NCBI GenBank assembly: GCA_048550535.1
Contig: JBLYYN010000191.1
Coordinates: 1-55,140, forward strand
Length of the DNA stretch: 55,140 nt
Direction of reading: 5' to 3'
Source: Gammaproteobacteria bacterium
GTDB lineage: Bacteria > Pseudomonadota > Gammaproteobacteria > SZUA-229
Part shown: one piece after another, positions 10,381 to 19,695 of the stretch
How the letters are laid out: each line of letters starts with the position of its first letter
Numbering within the stretch: position 1 is the first letter of the stretch
Program-made: the position numbers and the translations under genes
The notes under the pieces: generated by a model
The model's database searches: none
What the model was told of the DNA's origin: nothing
What the model saw: only the letters and a program-made list of their open reading frames with translations

Positions 10381-12471
10381 TCAGGACACCTTATCGGCAC
10401 CCACCGCAGCAACCACTTTAATATTCTTGTCATCGGGGATTTCGCTATAGGACAGCACACTCAAACCGGAGATGGCATGACGTACCAGTTGCGACAACCA
10501 CAGACGCAGCGGCGGCGCCACCACCAGGATGGCGGCTTGACCAGACACCTCCTGCTTGCGAGTCACCTGTTCCAGTGATTTGAACAAACGATCTGCCAGT
10601 CCTGGCTCAATACCCAGCGAGCCCTGGGATGAAGTCTGTGCCGACTGCATCAGTAACTGTTCCAGCCCTGGTTCCAGAGTAATCACCGGCATTTCCCGCT
10701 GCATACCGTTAACCTTTTGTACAATGGACCGGCCTAAGGCCACCCGAGCAGCAGAGGTGAGCTCCACCGGATCCTGAGTGCGTGCGCCATGTTCCGCCAG
10801 GATTTCAGCAATGCTCCTGACATCCCGAACCGACACTCCTTCACTGAGCAGGTTCTGCATCACTTTCACCACCACACTCAATGGCATCAATTTGGGCACC
10901 AGGTCTTCCACCAGCTTGGGTGACTGCTTACCCAGGTTATCCAGTAACTGCTGTACTTCTTCATGGCCCACCAGCTCATGGGCATTGTCATGCAGGATTT
11001 GATTCAGATGAGTAGCAATCACGGTGGTAGGATCTACCACGGTATAGCCCATGGTTTGCGCATGGTCCCGTTGGCCAGGTTCGATCCATACCGCTTCCAG
11101 ACCAAAGGCAGGATCTTGAGTTTCTACCCCCTGTAGCTTGCCATACACCTGTCCGGGATTAATGGCCAGTTCACGATCGGGATAAACTTCGCTCTCGCCC
11201 ACGGGTACTCCCATTAGCGTGATACGATAGGCGTTGGGGCTGAGATCGAGATTATCTCTGATATGCACGGCATGGACCAGAAAACCCAGCTCCTGGGACA
11301 GTTTTTTTCGTACACCCTTGATTCGGTTCAGGAGCTGGCCATCCTGATTACGATCGACCATGGGGATAAGGCCATAACCCACCTCAAGGCCCACCAGATC
11401 CACGGGTTGTACATCATCCCAGCTCAACTCCCTGGGTCCATCTGTCTTCAACGGTTCAATTTCTTTCTGTACCTGTTCCCGAATCACTTCATCCTGTTTC
11501 TGTTTTTCCAGCAACCAGGCACCACCGGCCACCAGTCCAGCCAGGGTCAGGAAAGCCAGATTTGGCATGCCCGGAATAATCCCCATGACACCGATAATTG
11601 CCGCGGTCAGCCACAGTACCTTGGTATTCTGGAACATCTGGCGGAATACCTGTTGCCCCAGATCGTGCTTACTGGAATCCCGGGTAATGATGATGGCCGT
11701 AGCACTGGACAACAGTAATGATGGAATCTGGGCAACCAGTCCATCACCGATGGTCAACAGAGTGTAATTACGCACCGCATCACCGAACATCATGTCATGC
11801 TGGGCCATGCCAATGGACAGACCTCCGGCGATATTGATGAGCAGTATCAGAATGCCGGCCACAGCATCGCCGCGCACGAATTTACTGGCACCATCCATAG
11901 AGCCGTAAAAGTCCGCTTCTGCAGACACTTCTTCCCGGCGAGTCCTGGCTTCATCCTGGTTTATCAGGCCTGAATTGAGATCGGCATCTATAGCCATTTG
12001 TTTACCGGGCATGGCATCCAGAGTGAAACGTGCGGTGACTTCAGAAACACGACCAGCGCCTTTGGTGACCACCACAAAGTTAATGATCACCAGAATCGAA
12101 AACACCACCAGGCCGACCGCATAATTACCGCCTATTACAAATTCACCAAAAGACTCAATCACATTTCCAGCCGCACCGGTGCCAGTATGACCTTCCAGTA
12201 AAACAATACGAGTCGAAGCCACATTCAATGCCAGACGAAACAGTGTGGCGACCAGAATAATGGTGGGGAAGATCACAAAATCCAGTGGTCGACTAGCATA
12301 AATACATACCAGTAAAATAATAAGAGACAGTGAAATATTGAAAGTAAACAGCATATCCAGTGCAATCGGCGGCAGAGGTACCACCATCATGCCCAGCATA
12401 GCGATCACCATGAATGGGGCCACCATACCGCGTCGACTAAATTGTTGTATGCTGTTTAATACCGCTTCCAT
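10381..12471 (-). CDS. flhA: Flagellar type III export apparatus protein FlhA
   Basis: 696 aa. FHIPEP-family N-terminal membrane domain (FPTIILVATLFRLALNVASTR) plus the cytoplasmic ring domain. Confidence 0.97.
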   Translation of the reverse strand: MEAVLNSIQQFSRRGMVAPFMVIAMLGMMVVPLPPIALDMLFTFNISLSLIILLVCIYASRPLDFVIFPTIILVATLFRLALNVASTRIVLLEGHTGTGAAGNVIESFGEFVIGGNYAVGLVVFSILVIINFVVVTKGAGRVSEVTARFTLDAMPGKQMAIDADLNSGLINQDEARTRREEVSAEADFYGSMDGASKFVRGDAVAGILILLINIAGGLSIGMAQHDMMFGDAVRNYTLLTIGDGLVAQIPSLLLSSATAIIITRDSSKHDLGQQVFRQMFQNTKVLWLTAAIIGVMGIIPGMPNLAFLTLAGLVAGGAWLLEKQKQDEVIREQVQKEIEPLKTDGPRELSWDDVQPVDLVGLEVGYGLIPMVDRNQDGQLLNRIKGVRKKLSQELGFLVHAVHIRDNLDLSPNAYRITLMGVPVGESEVYPDRELAINPGQVYGKLQGVETQDPAFGLEAVWIEPGQRDHAQTMGYTVVDPTTVIATHLNQILHDNAHELVGHEEVQQLLDNLGKQSPKLVEDLVPKLMPLSVVVKVMQNLLSEGVSVRDVRSIAEILAEHGARTQDPVELTSAARVALGRSIVQKVNGMQREMPVITLEPGLEQLLMQSAQTSSQGSLGIEPGLADRLFKSLEQVTRKQEVSGQAAILVVAPPLRLWLSQLVRHAISGLSVLSYSEIPDDKNIKVVAAVGADKVS

Positions 12472-12496
12472 CGAATTACCTACCCCTTATATTCGC

Positions 12497-13663
12497 TTAA
12501 TGTCGTCCTGGATCATTATCAGTACCCATATCGGCGTATTTTCTGAAGTCTTCTGGCAGTTCGGAAACTGGCAGTGACGGTTTTACGCCGCCATTTTTTT
12601 GTACCGCTTTTAGCTGATACACGTAAGCCAGTATCTGAGCCACCGCCAGATAGAGCCCGGCCGGTATTTCCTGTCCAATTTCAGTACTGTGATACAAGGC
12701 TCGTGCCAAAGCTGGTGTTTCCACCAATAAAACTTCATTTTCAGTGGCCACTCGACGAATATTGGTGGCAATCAGGTCTGCGCCCCTGGCCAGCACCAGT
12801 GGGGCTCGCATGGTTTCAGGATCATATTTCAGGGCTACTGCAAAATGAGTGGGGTTGGTGATGACTACATCCGCCTCGGGCACTGCATCCATCATGCGGG
12901 CCTGAGCCATTTCCCTTTGCAATTGTCGGATCTTACTGCGAACTTCCGGTTTGCCTTCGGTGTCCTTCATTTCATCTTTTACTTCCTGTCGGGTCATACG
13001 CATTTGTTTGCTGTGATCCCAGAGCTGGAACGGCACATCTATGGCAGCAATAACGATCAATGCCAGGGTGACAAACATAAAAGACGAGGTAAACAGATCA
13101 GCCGCATGTGACAGAGCCATATCCAGTGATTCGCCACCCAGTTGCAGGAATTCATCCATCTTCACCCAGATCACCACCACCGCTACCGAGGCCACCAGAC
13201 TGAACTTGGCAAAGGCCTTGATCAGTTCCATCAGCCCCTTGGCAGAGAACACACGTTTCAAACCTTTAAGTGGGTTGAGTTTTTCCAGCTTGGGCTGCAG
13301 GGCTTCAAAACTGAATGACCATCCACCGATGCTCATAGGTGTTAGCAGGGCCGCCACCATCATCAAACCGAAAAATGGCAACAACAACCATATACCGTCA
13401 ATGATTGCCTGATAGAAAAACCGCAAAACCGCACGACCATCAAAAATATCTTCCCGACTAGGCTGAAATCCGGATTTAATAAGCTCGCTCAGGTCATTGA
13501 GCATGGTTTGCCCCAACATCATCAAAGCCACCGCCGCCAGCGCCATAATCACCATGGTATTGAGCTCACGTGAACGGGGCACCTGGCCTTTCTTACGGGC
13601 ATCGTCTAGTCGTTTCGGGGTGGGTTCTTCGGTACGTTCCTGGGAGGTATCATTTTCAGCCAT
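12497..13663 (-). CDS. flhB: Flagellar export switch protein FlhB
   Basis: N-terminal EKTEEPTPKRL-type motif (ERTEEPTPKRLDDARKKGQV) and the NPTH autocleavage site (VITNPTHFAVAL). Confidence 0.95.
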   Translation of the reverse strand: MAENDTSQERTEEPTPKRLDDARKKGQVPRSRELNTMVIMALAAVALMMLGQTMLNDLSELIKSGFQPSREDIFDGRAVLRFFYQAIIDGIWLLLPFFGLMMVAALLTPMSIGGWSFSFEALQPKLEKLNPLKGLKRVFSAKGLMELIKAFAKFSLVASVAVVVIWVKMDEFLQLGGESLDMALSHAADLFTSSFMFVTLALIVIAAIDVPFQLWDHSKQMRMTRQEVKDEMKDTEGKPEVRSKIRQLQREMAQARMMDAVPEADVVITNPTHFAVALKYDPETMRAPLVLARGADLIATNIRRVATENEVLLVETPALARALYHSTEIGQEIPAGLYLAVAQILAYVYQLKAVQKNGGVKPSLPVSELPEDFRKYADMGTDNDPGRH

Positions 13664-13674
13664 AGCCTGAGTTC

Positions 13675-14454
13675 CTAACCAGCCGTGAGCGCTGACTGAA
13701 TAGCTTCAAAGCTATCCATCATAAGCTGGGTAAAACGGGTTAAAATCGAAGGTGTGGTAGCCGCCAGGAAGACAAAACCCAGAAGGATCATCAGTGGGAA
13801 ACCCACCGCAAATATATTCATCTGGGGAGCCGCACGGGTGATGACCCCCATAGATATGTTAACTACCAGCATGGCGACCACTGCTGGAATCGCCACCAAC
13901 ACAGCGCCTGCGAACATCTGCGTGCCTCTGCTGGCAATTTCCCAGGCCCCCTGGGTGGACAGGCCCTGTTCAGAAATGGGTAACCACCGAAAGCTTTCTA
14001 CCACCAGCTCGATCAGCATCAAATGACCATTGAGGACGACAAATAACAAGGTCGCCATAATTATCAGAAACTGGGACACCACCGGCACCTGTACCCCATT
14101 AGCCGGATCGACCATTCGGGCAAAACCCAGCCCCATGCCATTGGCTATGGTTTCACCGGCAATTACCAGCGTCTGGAACACCATCTGGATCATAAATCCC
14201 ATGGCGACACCAATCAGCACCTGCTGAAACAGGATAATCAGCGCCTGAAAGGAAATGGGATCCACCGCAGGCACCGGCGGTAACATGGGGATGGCAACCA
14301 TACTAAAGGCCACGGCCATGAGTACTCGAATCCGAATCGGCATCATGCGGGCACCGAAAACCGGGGCCGCCATCAACATGGCACTGATGCGCACAAAGGG
14401 CCAGAAAATACTGCCCATAAAAAGCCCGAGCTGTTCAGTGGTGAGAACCAGCAT
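13675..14454 (-). CDS. fliR: Flagellar export apparatus protein FliR
   Basis: 259-aa polytopic membrane protein. Its start is separated from the fliQ stop codon by a single nucleotide. Confidence 0.9.
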   Translation of the reverse strand: MLVLTTEQLGLFMGSIFWPFVRISAMLMAAPVFGARMMPIRIRVLMAVAFSMVAIPMLPPVPAVDPISFQALIILFQQVLIGVAMGFMIQMVFQTLVIAGETIANGMGLGFARMVDPANGVQVPVVSQFLIIMATLLFVVLNGHLMLIELVVESFRWLPISEQGLSTQGAWEIASRGTQMFAGAVLVAIPAVVAMLVVNISMGVITRAAPQMNIFAVGFPLMILLGFVFLAATTPSILTRFTQLMMDSFEAIQSALTAG

Positions 14455-14455
14455 A

Positions 14456-14725
14456 TCAGCCCAGCATGGATGGAATATTCATGATTAACCGCTGAGTGAA
14501 GTCCACAATATTACTCAGCATCCAGGGCCCAAAAACAAACAGTGCGGTTACCAGTATGCCCAGCTTGGGGATGAAACTCAGGGTCATTTCATTGATCTGG
14601 GTGGCGGCCTGAAACATACCCACCAGCAAACCGATAGCCAGCGCCGATAACAGTAATGGAGCTGCAATGAGTATCGTCATCCACAGAGTCTGTGTAGCCA
14701 GTTGCATGACCGTATCTTGTGTCAT
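14456..14725 (-). CDS. fliQ: Flagellar export apparatus protein FliQ (89 aa; start moved to the internal Met)
   Basis: Two-TM protein of FliQ size. GGAGG lies 6 nt upstream of the ATG at 14725. The track start at 14758 would fall at or upstream of the predicted transcription start. Confidence 0.9.
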   Translation of the reverse strand: MTQDTVMQLATQTLWMTILIAAPLLLSALAIGLLVGMFQAATQINEMTLSFIPKLGILVTALFVFGPWMLSNIVDFTQRLIMNIPSMLG

Positions 14726-14772
14726 AACGCCTCCGACGTTTTTTTGACAAAAATGCATTTACTACGGACTAC

Positions 14773-14788
14773 TGCAGGATGGGTGCCA
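14773..14788 (-). promoter_or_regulatory. Sigma-54 (-24/-12) type promoter for fliQ-fliR-flhB...
   Basis: The minus strand reads TGGCAC-CCATC-CTGCA, against the consensus TGGCAC-N5-TTGCW. GG-N10-GC spacing is exact. It lies 48 nt upstream of the fliQ ATG. Confidence 0.55.
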
Positions 14789-14792
14789 ATAA

Positions 14793-14827
14793 GACCCAAA
14801 AGAAAACGGGGCCGTCAGGCCCCGTTT
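14793..14827 (-). terminator. Rho-independent terminator after the LRR/PKD gene
   Basis: Perfect 10-bp stem AAACGGGGCC/GGCCCCGTTT with a 4-nt loop, followed on the minus strand by TCTTTTGGG. It begins 22 nt after the stop codon. Confidence 0.6.
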
Positions 14828-14849
14828 AGAGATATAAATTGCTTAACAA

Positions 14850-17723
14850 TTATTTTAGATAACGTCTACCGAGCAAAGGCACAGCCAGTAACAGCAACCA
14901 GGGCCAGCTCAGTGCACCATTACCTACGACAATCACATTTCGCTTGGTGATGATGACATAAATCAAACCACGACCTATCAGTTCATCATCATCGGTAACC
15001 GTTACCCTGAACAGTAAGCGGACTCTGCGATTAGTGATTGTTGGTGCCTCAAATCGGGTAGTAGGAGTATCTGTGGTTTCCAGATCCACGGTTGGACCTA
15101 ACAGTTGTTCCCAGTGATAGGTGACCACTTGACCATCAACATCAAAGGCATTCGCGTTCAGCTCGATCCAGTTACCTTCTTCCGCTTCATCACCTGGCTG
15201 GTCAGTGCTAGGATCGGTTTCTGGTTCGATCTTGACATCGTTTACGGTGACCTGAACCTCATCTATTGCTGTTTGACCATCGTTATCCGTCACGGTGAGT
15301 TCAAACACCAGCACATCTCCAGCTACTTCAACCGCAGGTGCTTCAAAAGTGACAATAGCAGGATTGGTATCTGACGGGGTAAGAACAACCTGGTTAGTAC
15401 CTGAAATTTGTCTCCAGTTGTGGCTAATTATACTGCCGTTATCATCCCTGCTAGCCGTGGCCGAAAGAGTTACCGTTGTACGTTCATCAACAGATTGAGC
15501 AGGACCCGCATCGGCAACAGGTGGCATGAAGACATTATTAACAGTCACACGAACATTGTCAGTAGCTGTTCCACCATCGTTATCGGTGACCGTTACTATG
15601 AATTCCAGATCTTCAGATACAACCAGACTATTAATCAAGTGTGTAAAACTAACATTAGCGAGGCTATTACTGCTAAGTGTTACCTGCGAACCCGATACCT
15701 GCTCCCATAAGTAACTATCAATAGTTCCATTGCCATCACTAGCCATAGCAGACAGTGTGACTACATTTGCTTCATAAATCGTTTGATCTGGACCGATGGC
15801 GGATACTGTTGGCGCTACTATCACATTGTTAATAGTCACCACAACATTGTCAGTGGCTGTAGCACCTTCATCATCGGTAACAGTGACCTTGAATTCTAAA
15901 TTTGTAGATTCAGTATCGATACCAGGTGCAGTGAAACCAGCATCGGCACTAGTCGCTGAATTGATAGTTACGGGCAAACCTGAAACCTGCTGCCATTGAT
16001 AATTTAATGTAGATTCACCGCCATCACTGGCAATCGCCGAGAGTGATACTGAATCACCTTCATTAACAGTCTGGTCGATACCGACAGTGACCGTAGGTGC
16101 ATTGTTTACCGTCACCAAAACCGTATCGGTGGCAATTTGATCATCATTATCAGTAACCGTGACCATGAACAACAGAGATTCAGAAGAAACATCAATACTG
16201 GGGGCAGTAAAACTGACTTTAGCTTCATCAAGAGAATCCACAATAATGCTAACTGGCGGACCTTCAACCTGCTCCCAAAAGTACCTGTCTATTGTGCCGT
16301 TAGGGCTAGGATCGCTGGCAGTAGCTGTAAGTGACACAACATCACTTTCATTGGCGGTTTTATTCACACCGGCAGAAACCGTAGGTGCCGCCAGAACATT
16401 ATTCACGGTAACCTGGACATCATCATAAGCTATATCGCCATCATCATCGGTAACAGTGACCCTGAAAGTAAGGACATCACCTCCGATAGAAACTTCGGGT
16501 GCGCTAAAGCTGGCTGATGCGGTATCGGTATTTATTAAATCATCTGCATCCGGCCCGGATAACTGGCTCCAGGAATAACCGACAATAGTACCATCAGTGT
16601 CACTGGCAGTGGATGAAAGATTAACTGTGGTTAACTCATCTACAAACTGATCAACCCCCGCCCCGACTGCCGGCACCCCTTTGGAAACTGCAGCGCTGTC
16701 TTCACTAATCACCATATTTTTAAGGTTGTCATCATGAGTATTGGTGTAATTACATACCTTAAACCAGTAATTCACACCCTCCTGTAGATTATTGATAGTA
16801 GTACTGGTCACACTACGATTATTAATGTCAGGAACAACCTGTGTAAACGGCCCCCCAGCTGAAGTGGACTGTAGAATTTTATACCCACCGGTGGTTGATG
16901 GCGTGGTATCGAAAGCGGCCCAACTAAGCTCTACACTGGTAGTTGTTTTTCCATCCAGAATAAAACCGGTAGGTGCTACTGTCTGACTATCTTTATATGG
17001 TATTAGATTTACATGAGTAATATGATTGCTATCGATAAATGAATTTAAAGTTGCGTCATCACTTCTGAGGCCATTCCATCTCAAGTCCAGGTGAATATCA
17101 TCAGTATATGCATTACCAATATTCATCAACTCAATAGGCAGATCCCCGATAAATTGATTGCCCTGGACATAGAAATTCCAGAGCATTGCCAGCTTACCCA
17201 GCTCTTTAGGCAATTGTCCTGATAATCGATTATTGTATAACTCAAAATATAATAAATTGGTTAAGCTTGATAACGACGAGGGGATAGGTCCTTCGAGATC
17301 ATTGTCAAAAAGGCTCAATGTAACCAGCTTACTTAATAAACCGAGCTCAGAAGGAATATTATCGTTTAATTTATTGTTTTGTAGCTTAAGCCGAACCAGA
17401 TTAGACAGATTACCAATTTCTGCAGGTATGGTGCCAACAAGATTATTATCACTAAGATCCAGTTTTTCAACATTATCACTACTGTCACAGACAATCCCGT
17501 GAGTTACTATCTCAGGCACTGCATCTGGATCTGGACATAAGATATCGATGTCTGCATCAGCACTCCATCCAGTGTTTACTTTCCAGTTGGGACCATCAGT
17601 GCTGGTATATAACGCCTTGAGTGCCTCCTGCACCAAAGTATCGCTAATCGCTGCCTGGCTTGTTTGACTCATGATGAGGCCAGACAACAACAAAAGAATT
17701 TTAATTGAGCAATTGATATTCAT
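14850..17723 (-). CDS. Secreted or cell-surface protein: signal peptide, plant-type LRR block with an LRRNT-like cap, an Fn3-like domain, six PKD-like repeats and a hydrophobic-basic C-terminal sorting tail
   Basis: Signal peptide MNINCSIKILLLLSGLIMSQTSQA. Repeats of 24 residues LxxLxLxxNxLxGxIPxxLGxLxx. Six repeats of about 95 aa ending in (F)xVTVTD(D/N)DG..A.D.V.VTVNN. Tail GNGALSWPWLLLLAVPLLGRRYLK. Confidence 0.85.
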   Translation of the reverse strand: MNINCSIKILLLLSGLIMSQTSQAAISDTLVQEALKALYTSTDGPNWKVNTGWSADADIDILCPDPDAVPEIVTHGIVCDSSDNVEKLDLSDNNLVGTIPAEIGNLSNLVRLKLQNNKLNDNIPSELGLLSKLVTLSLFDNDLEGPIPSSLSSLTNLLYFELYNNRLSGQLPKELGKLAMLWNFYVQGNQFIGDLPIELMNIGNAYTDDIHLDLRWNGLRSDDATLNSFIDSNHITHVNLIPYKDSQTVAPTGFILDGKTTTSVELSWAAFDTTPSTTGGYKILQSTSAGGPFTQVVPDINNRSVTSTTINNLQEGVNYWFKVCNYTNTHDDNLKNMVISEDSAAVSKGVPAVGAGVDQFVDELTTVNLSSTASDTDGTIVGYSWSQLSGPDADDLINTDTASASFSAPEVSIGGDVLTFRVTVTDDDGDIAYDDVQVTVNNVLAAPTVSAGVNKTANESDVVSLTATASDPSPNGTIDRYFWEQVEGPPVSIIVDSLDEAKVSFTAPSIDVSSESLLFMVTVTDNDDQIATDTVLVTVNNAPTVTVGIDQTVNEGDSVSLSAIASDGGESTLNYQWQQVSGLPVTINSATSADAGFTAPGIDTESTNLEFKVTVTDDEGATATDNVVVTINNVIVAPTVSAIGPDQTIYEANVVTLSAMASDGNGTIDSYLWEQVSGSQVTLSSNSLANVSFTHLINSLVVSEDLEFIVTVTDNDGGTATDNVRVTVNNVFMPPVADAGPAQSVDERTTVTLSATASRDDNGSIISHNWRQISGTNQVVLTPSDTNPAIVTFEAPAVEVAGDVLVFELTVTDNDGQTAIDEVQVTVNDVKIEPETDPSTDQPGDEAEEGNWIELNANAFDVDGQVVTYHWEQLLGPTVDLETTDTPTTRFEAPTITNRRVRLLFRVTVTDDDELIGRGLIYVIITKRNVIVVGNGALSWPWLLLLAVPLLGRRYLK
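14940..16680 (-). repeat. Six tandem intragenic coding repeats of about 285-295 bp (PKD-like modules)
   Basis: The repeat periodicity is visible in the translation. Boundaries are estimated from amino-acid positions of roughly 349-929. Confidence 0.7.
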
Positions 17724-17987
17724 AGGATTTCCAACAACACGCCTAATATAAGCTTAACTACATAAATCTTGCCTACACGAGGGAAATCACAACCAGCACC
17801 TCCGGTGTTTTTCTGGTACCCACATACAAGATTCTGGACCATAAAAATGGCCAAAATTGTGCGTCATTACTCATTTTTTGATAACTGCAGATGAGGGGGT
17901 CTTGTCGCAGCGTCAATACAGGAACTTTTTTTGGCTCTAACGGCCGAATTTCATATTTATTACCATTGAAACATACCAAACTATAGT

Positions 17988-18527
17988 CTATATGGCAACT
18001 GTCTGCAGGACTTGCAGATCCTGGAATGAGTCTTCCAGATTACGTCTGAACAACTGCCGAGACCAGTTAGACAAGCCATCCTGACGGTCATTTTTCTTTA
18101 AAATTGAAGCAATTAGGTCCAGTTTAACCACATCCGGGGTATAGTGCCCCAGTAAATCATGCCAGGCATTAAGCTGACTGGGCCTGACTGGCGGCATGGA
18201 AAAAGCGACAATCTGTACTGCCTGAAAACTGATAGAAGCGAAAAAAGGCCGCATCTTACGTAAAATTTCCTCTCGCGCATACTTACAGGCAAACCAGCCT
18301 ATGGTTTCCGCGGCATCCATTAAATCTGCATCCAGGCCTGGTTCAGTCTGGAAAAAATCCAGGGCTGGAAAATAACCCAGTTTTTTATCATTCACATAAT
18401 CCACTACCTGTTCAGTCAGCTTGTGTCCTACCACTTCAGCGGATGAGGCCAGGTACTTTTCCAGCACCCCATGGGGCACCCTGAGCCTGAGCGAAATATG
18501 TATTTTATTCAGATGTAGCTGTGACAT
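17988..18527 (-). CDS. Hypothetical protein (179 aa), probably co-transcribed with the upstream 373-aa gene
   Basis: Long ORF beginning 20 nt after the upstream stop. I recognise no motif. Confidence 0.55.
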   Translation of the reverse strand: MSQLHLNKIHISLRLRVPHGVLEKYLASSAEVVGHKLTEQVVDYVNDKKLGYFPALDFFQTEPGLDADLMDAAETIGWFACKYAREEILRKMRPFFASISFQAVQIVAFSMPPVRPSQLNAWHDLLGHYTPDVVKLDLIASILKKNDRQDGLSNWSRQLFRRNLEDSFQDLQVLQTVAI

Positions 18528-18547
18528 GGTATCAATCGGTATATAGA

Positions 18548-19669
18548 TTAACTGCGAAGTATTGCCAGTTGCTGCTTTAGTGGCGTAGTTAAATGCTCGA
18601 TACGTTTACGCATCACTGAACCAATGGCATCGCTCAGGCCGAATACCGGGAAAGCCAGCTCTTCACAGTAACCGGATAGCAACATCATGGCCGCTAACTT
18701 ATCCTTTAGCTCTGGAGCCAATTCCATAACATCCATCAGCGGCTGAGAGACCAATTGTGGTTGCTCGGCACAGTGCAGTGCATGTTTAATCATCGCCTCG
18801 ATATCACGTCGGCTATCAAACCCTGGATTTGCATCGGCGAAATAGTTCTCTATAGCCATAAACAGGGCCACCACTACATCCTGGTTACTGGGTCGCTTGA
18901 GTACAGCCTCAACCGTATTCAGGTAATTCTGACCATTGGCACTCAGTACCCGCAGCAGTAGACGAGCAATAGGATTATCTGCCTCCCGTAATGGCCCAAG
19001 TTTCTGCTTAATCACCTCGAGCGAAGGGTGCTCAGCCGCATCGCCTGGTAAATCATCGGGACTAGCCTGTAAAAAGCCGACATAATAAGAAGCTTTGCTT
19101 TTTGCCTTGCTCCAAAGATTTTGTCGCAGCTCTTCAGTGACCAGTCCAGGTTGCAGGGCCGATTTCACACTATCGATCATCGCCTGCTGCTCTTCCTCAA
19201 AGGGCAGATGCTCAATGAGATGCTCGGCCAGTATCTTACCCATATCACCCCTAACCACCTCTTCCTTTTCCAGCATGCGCCGGGCATTGTCCGAAGTCGG
19301 ACTACACCACCAGGCACGACGTGCCAGCTCATTGGTCAGTCCAGGGGCGTGAACTACCGCTACCACGGCTTCTTCCTCACCTAACAACAGTAGCTGCTCG
19401 AGACTATCATCACGGGCCTGCCCCATGCGGGTCCAGCGTTTAAGATACACCGGATAACCACCGGGAGAGCCCAGTGAGTGGGATGACAACAGAGACTTTA
19501 CATTACGGATATACTGTTCGTTTCGACAGTTAGGATTCAGATTAACCTTAGCCTCACCTCGTTCGGTGAGGGCATATACCAACATACGTGATTCATCGAC
19601 ACGCACCGCCAGCAGGCCCTGAGTCAGCAGGACATTCAAACGCAAACTGTCTTCCGGGGAGAGATCCAT
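18548..19669 (-). CDS. Conserved hypothetical protein; possible DsrS-like protein (tentative)
   Basis: 373 aa, about 41 kDa, soluble. The size and the N-terminus (MDLSPEDSLRLNVLL...) fit my recollection of DsrS from sulfur oxidisers. Not verifiable here. Confidence 0.5.
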   Translation of the reverse strand: MDLSPEDSLRLNVLLTQGLLAVRVDESRMLVYALTERGEAKVNLNPNCRNEQYIRNVKSLLSSHSLGSPGGYPVYLKRWTRMGQARDDSLEQLLLLGEEEAVVAVVHAPGLTNELARRAWWCSPTSDNARRMLEKEEVVRGDMGKILAEHLIEHLPFEEEQQAMIDSVKSALQPGLVTEELRQNLWSKAKSKASYYVGFLQASPDDLPGDAAEHPSLEVIKQKLGPLREADNPIARLLLRVLSANGQNYLNTVEAVLKRPSNQDVVVALFMAIENYFADANPGFDSRRDIEAMIKHALHCAEQPQLVSQPLMDVMELAPELKDKLAAMMLLSGYCEELAFPVFGLSDAIGSVMRKRIEHLTTPLKQQLAILRS

Positions 19670-19695
19670 AATTCTTTCAAAAACCTAAATTATTT

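Noticed and set aside
14726-14758. N-terminal 11-codon extension of fliQ (MHFCQKNVGGV)
   Set aside because: It would start at or upstream of the predicted sigma-54 transcription start. The GGAGG Shine-Dalgarno serves the internal ATG, and 89 aa is the canonical FliQ length.
17773-17979. 68-aa ORF between the LRR gene and the 179-aa gene
   Set aside because: It has no Shine-Dalgarno and odd composition, and it lies in the likely promoter region of the LRR gene. There is not enough evidence to call it.
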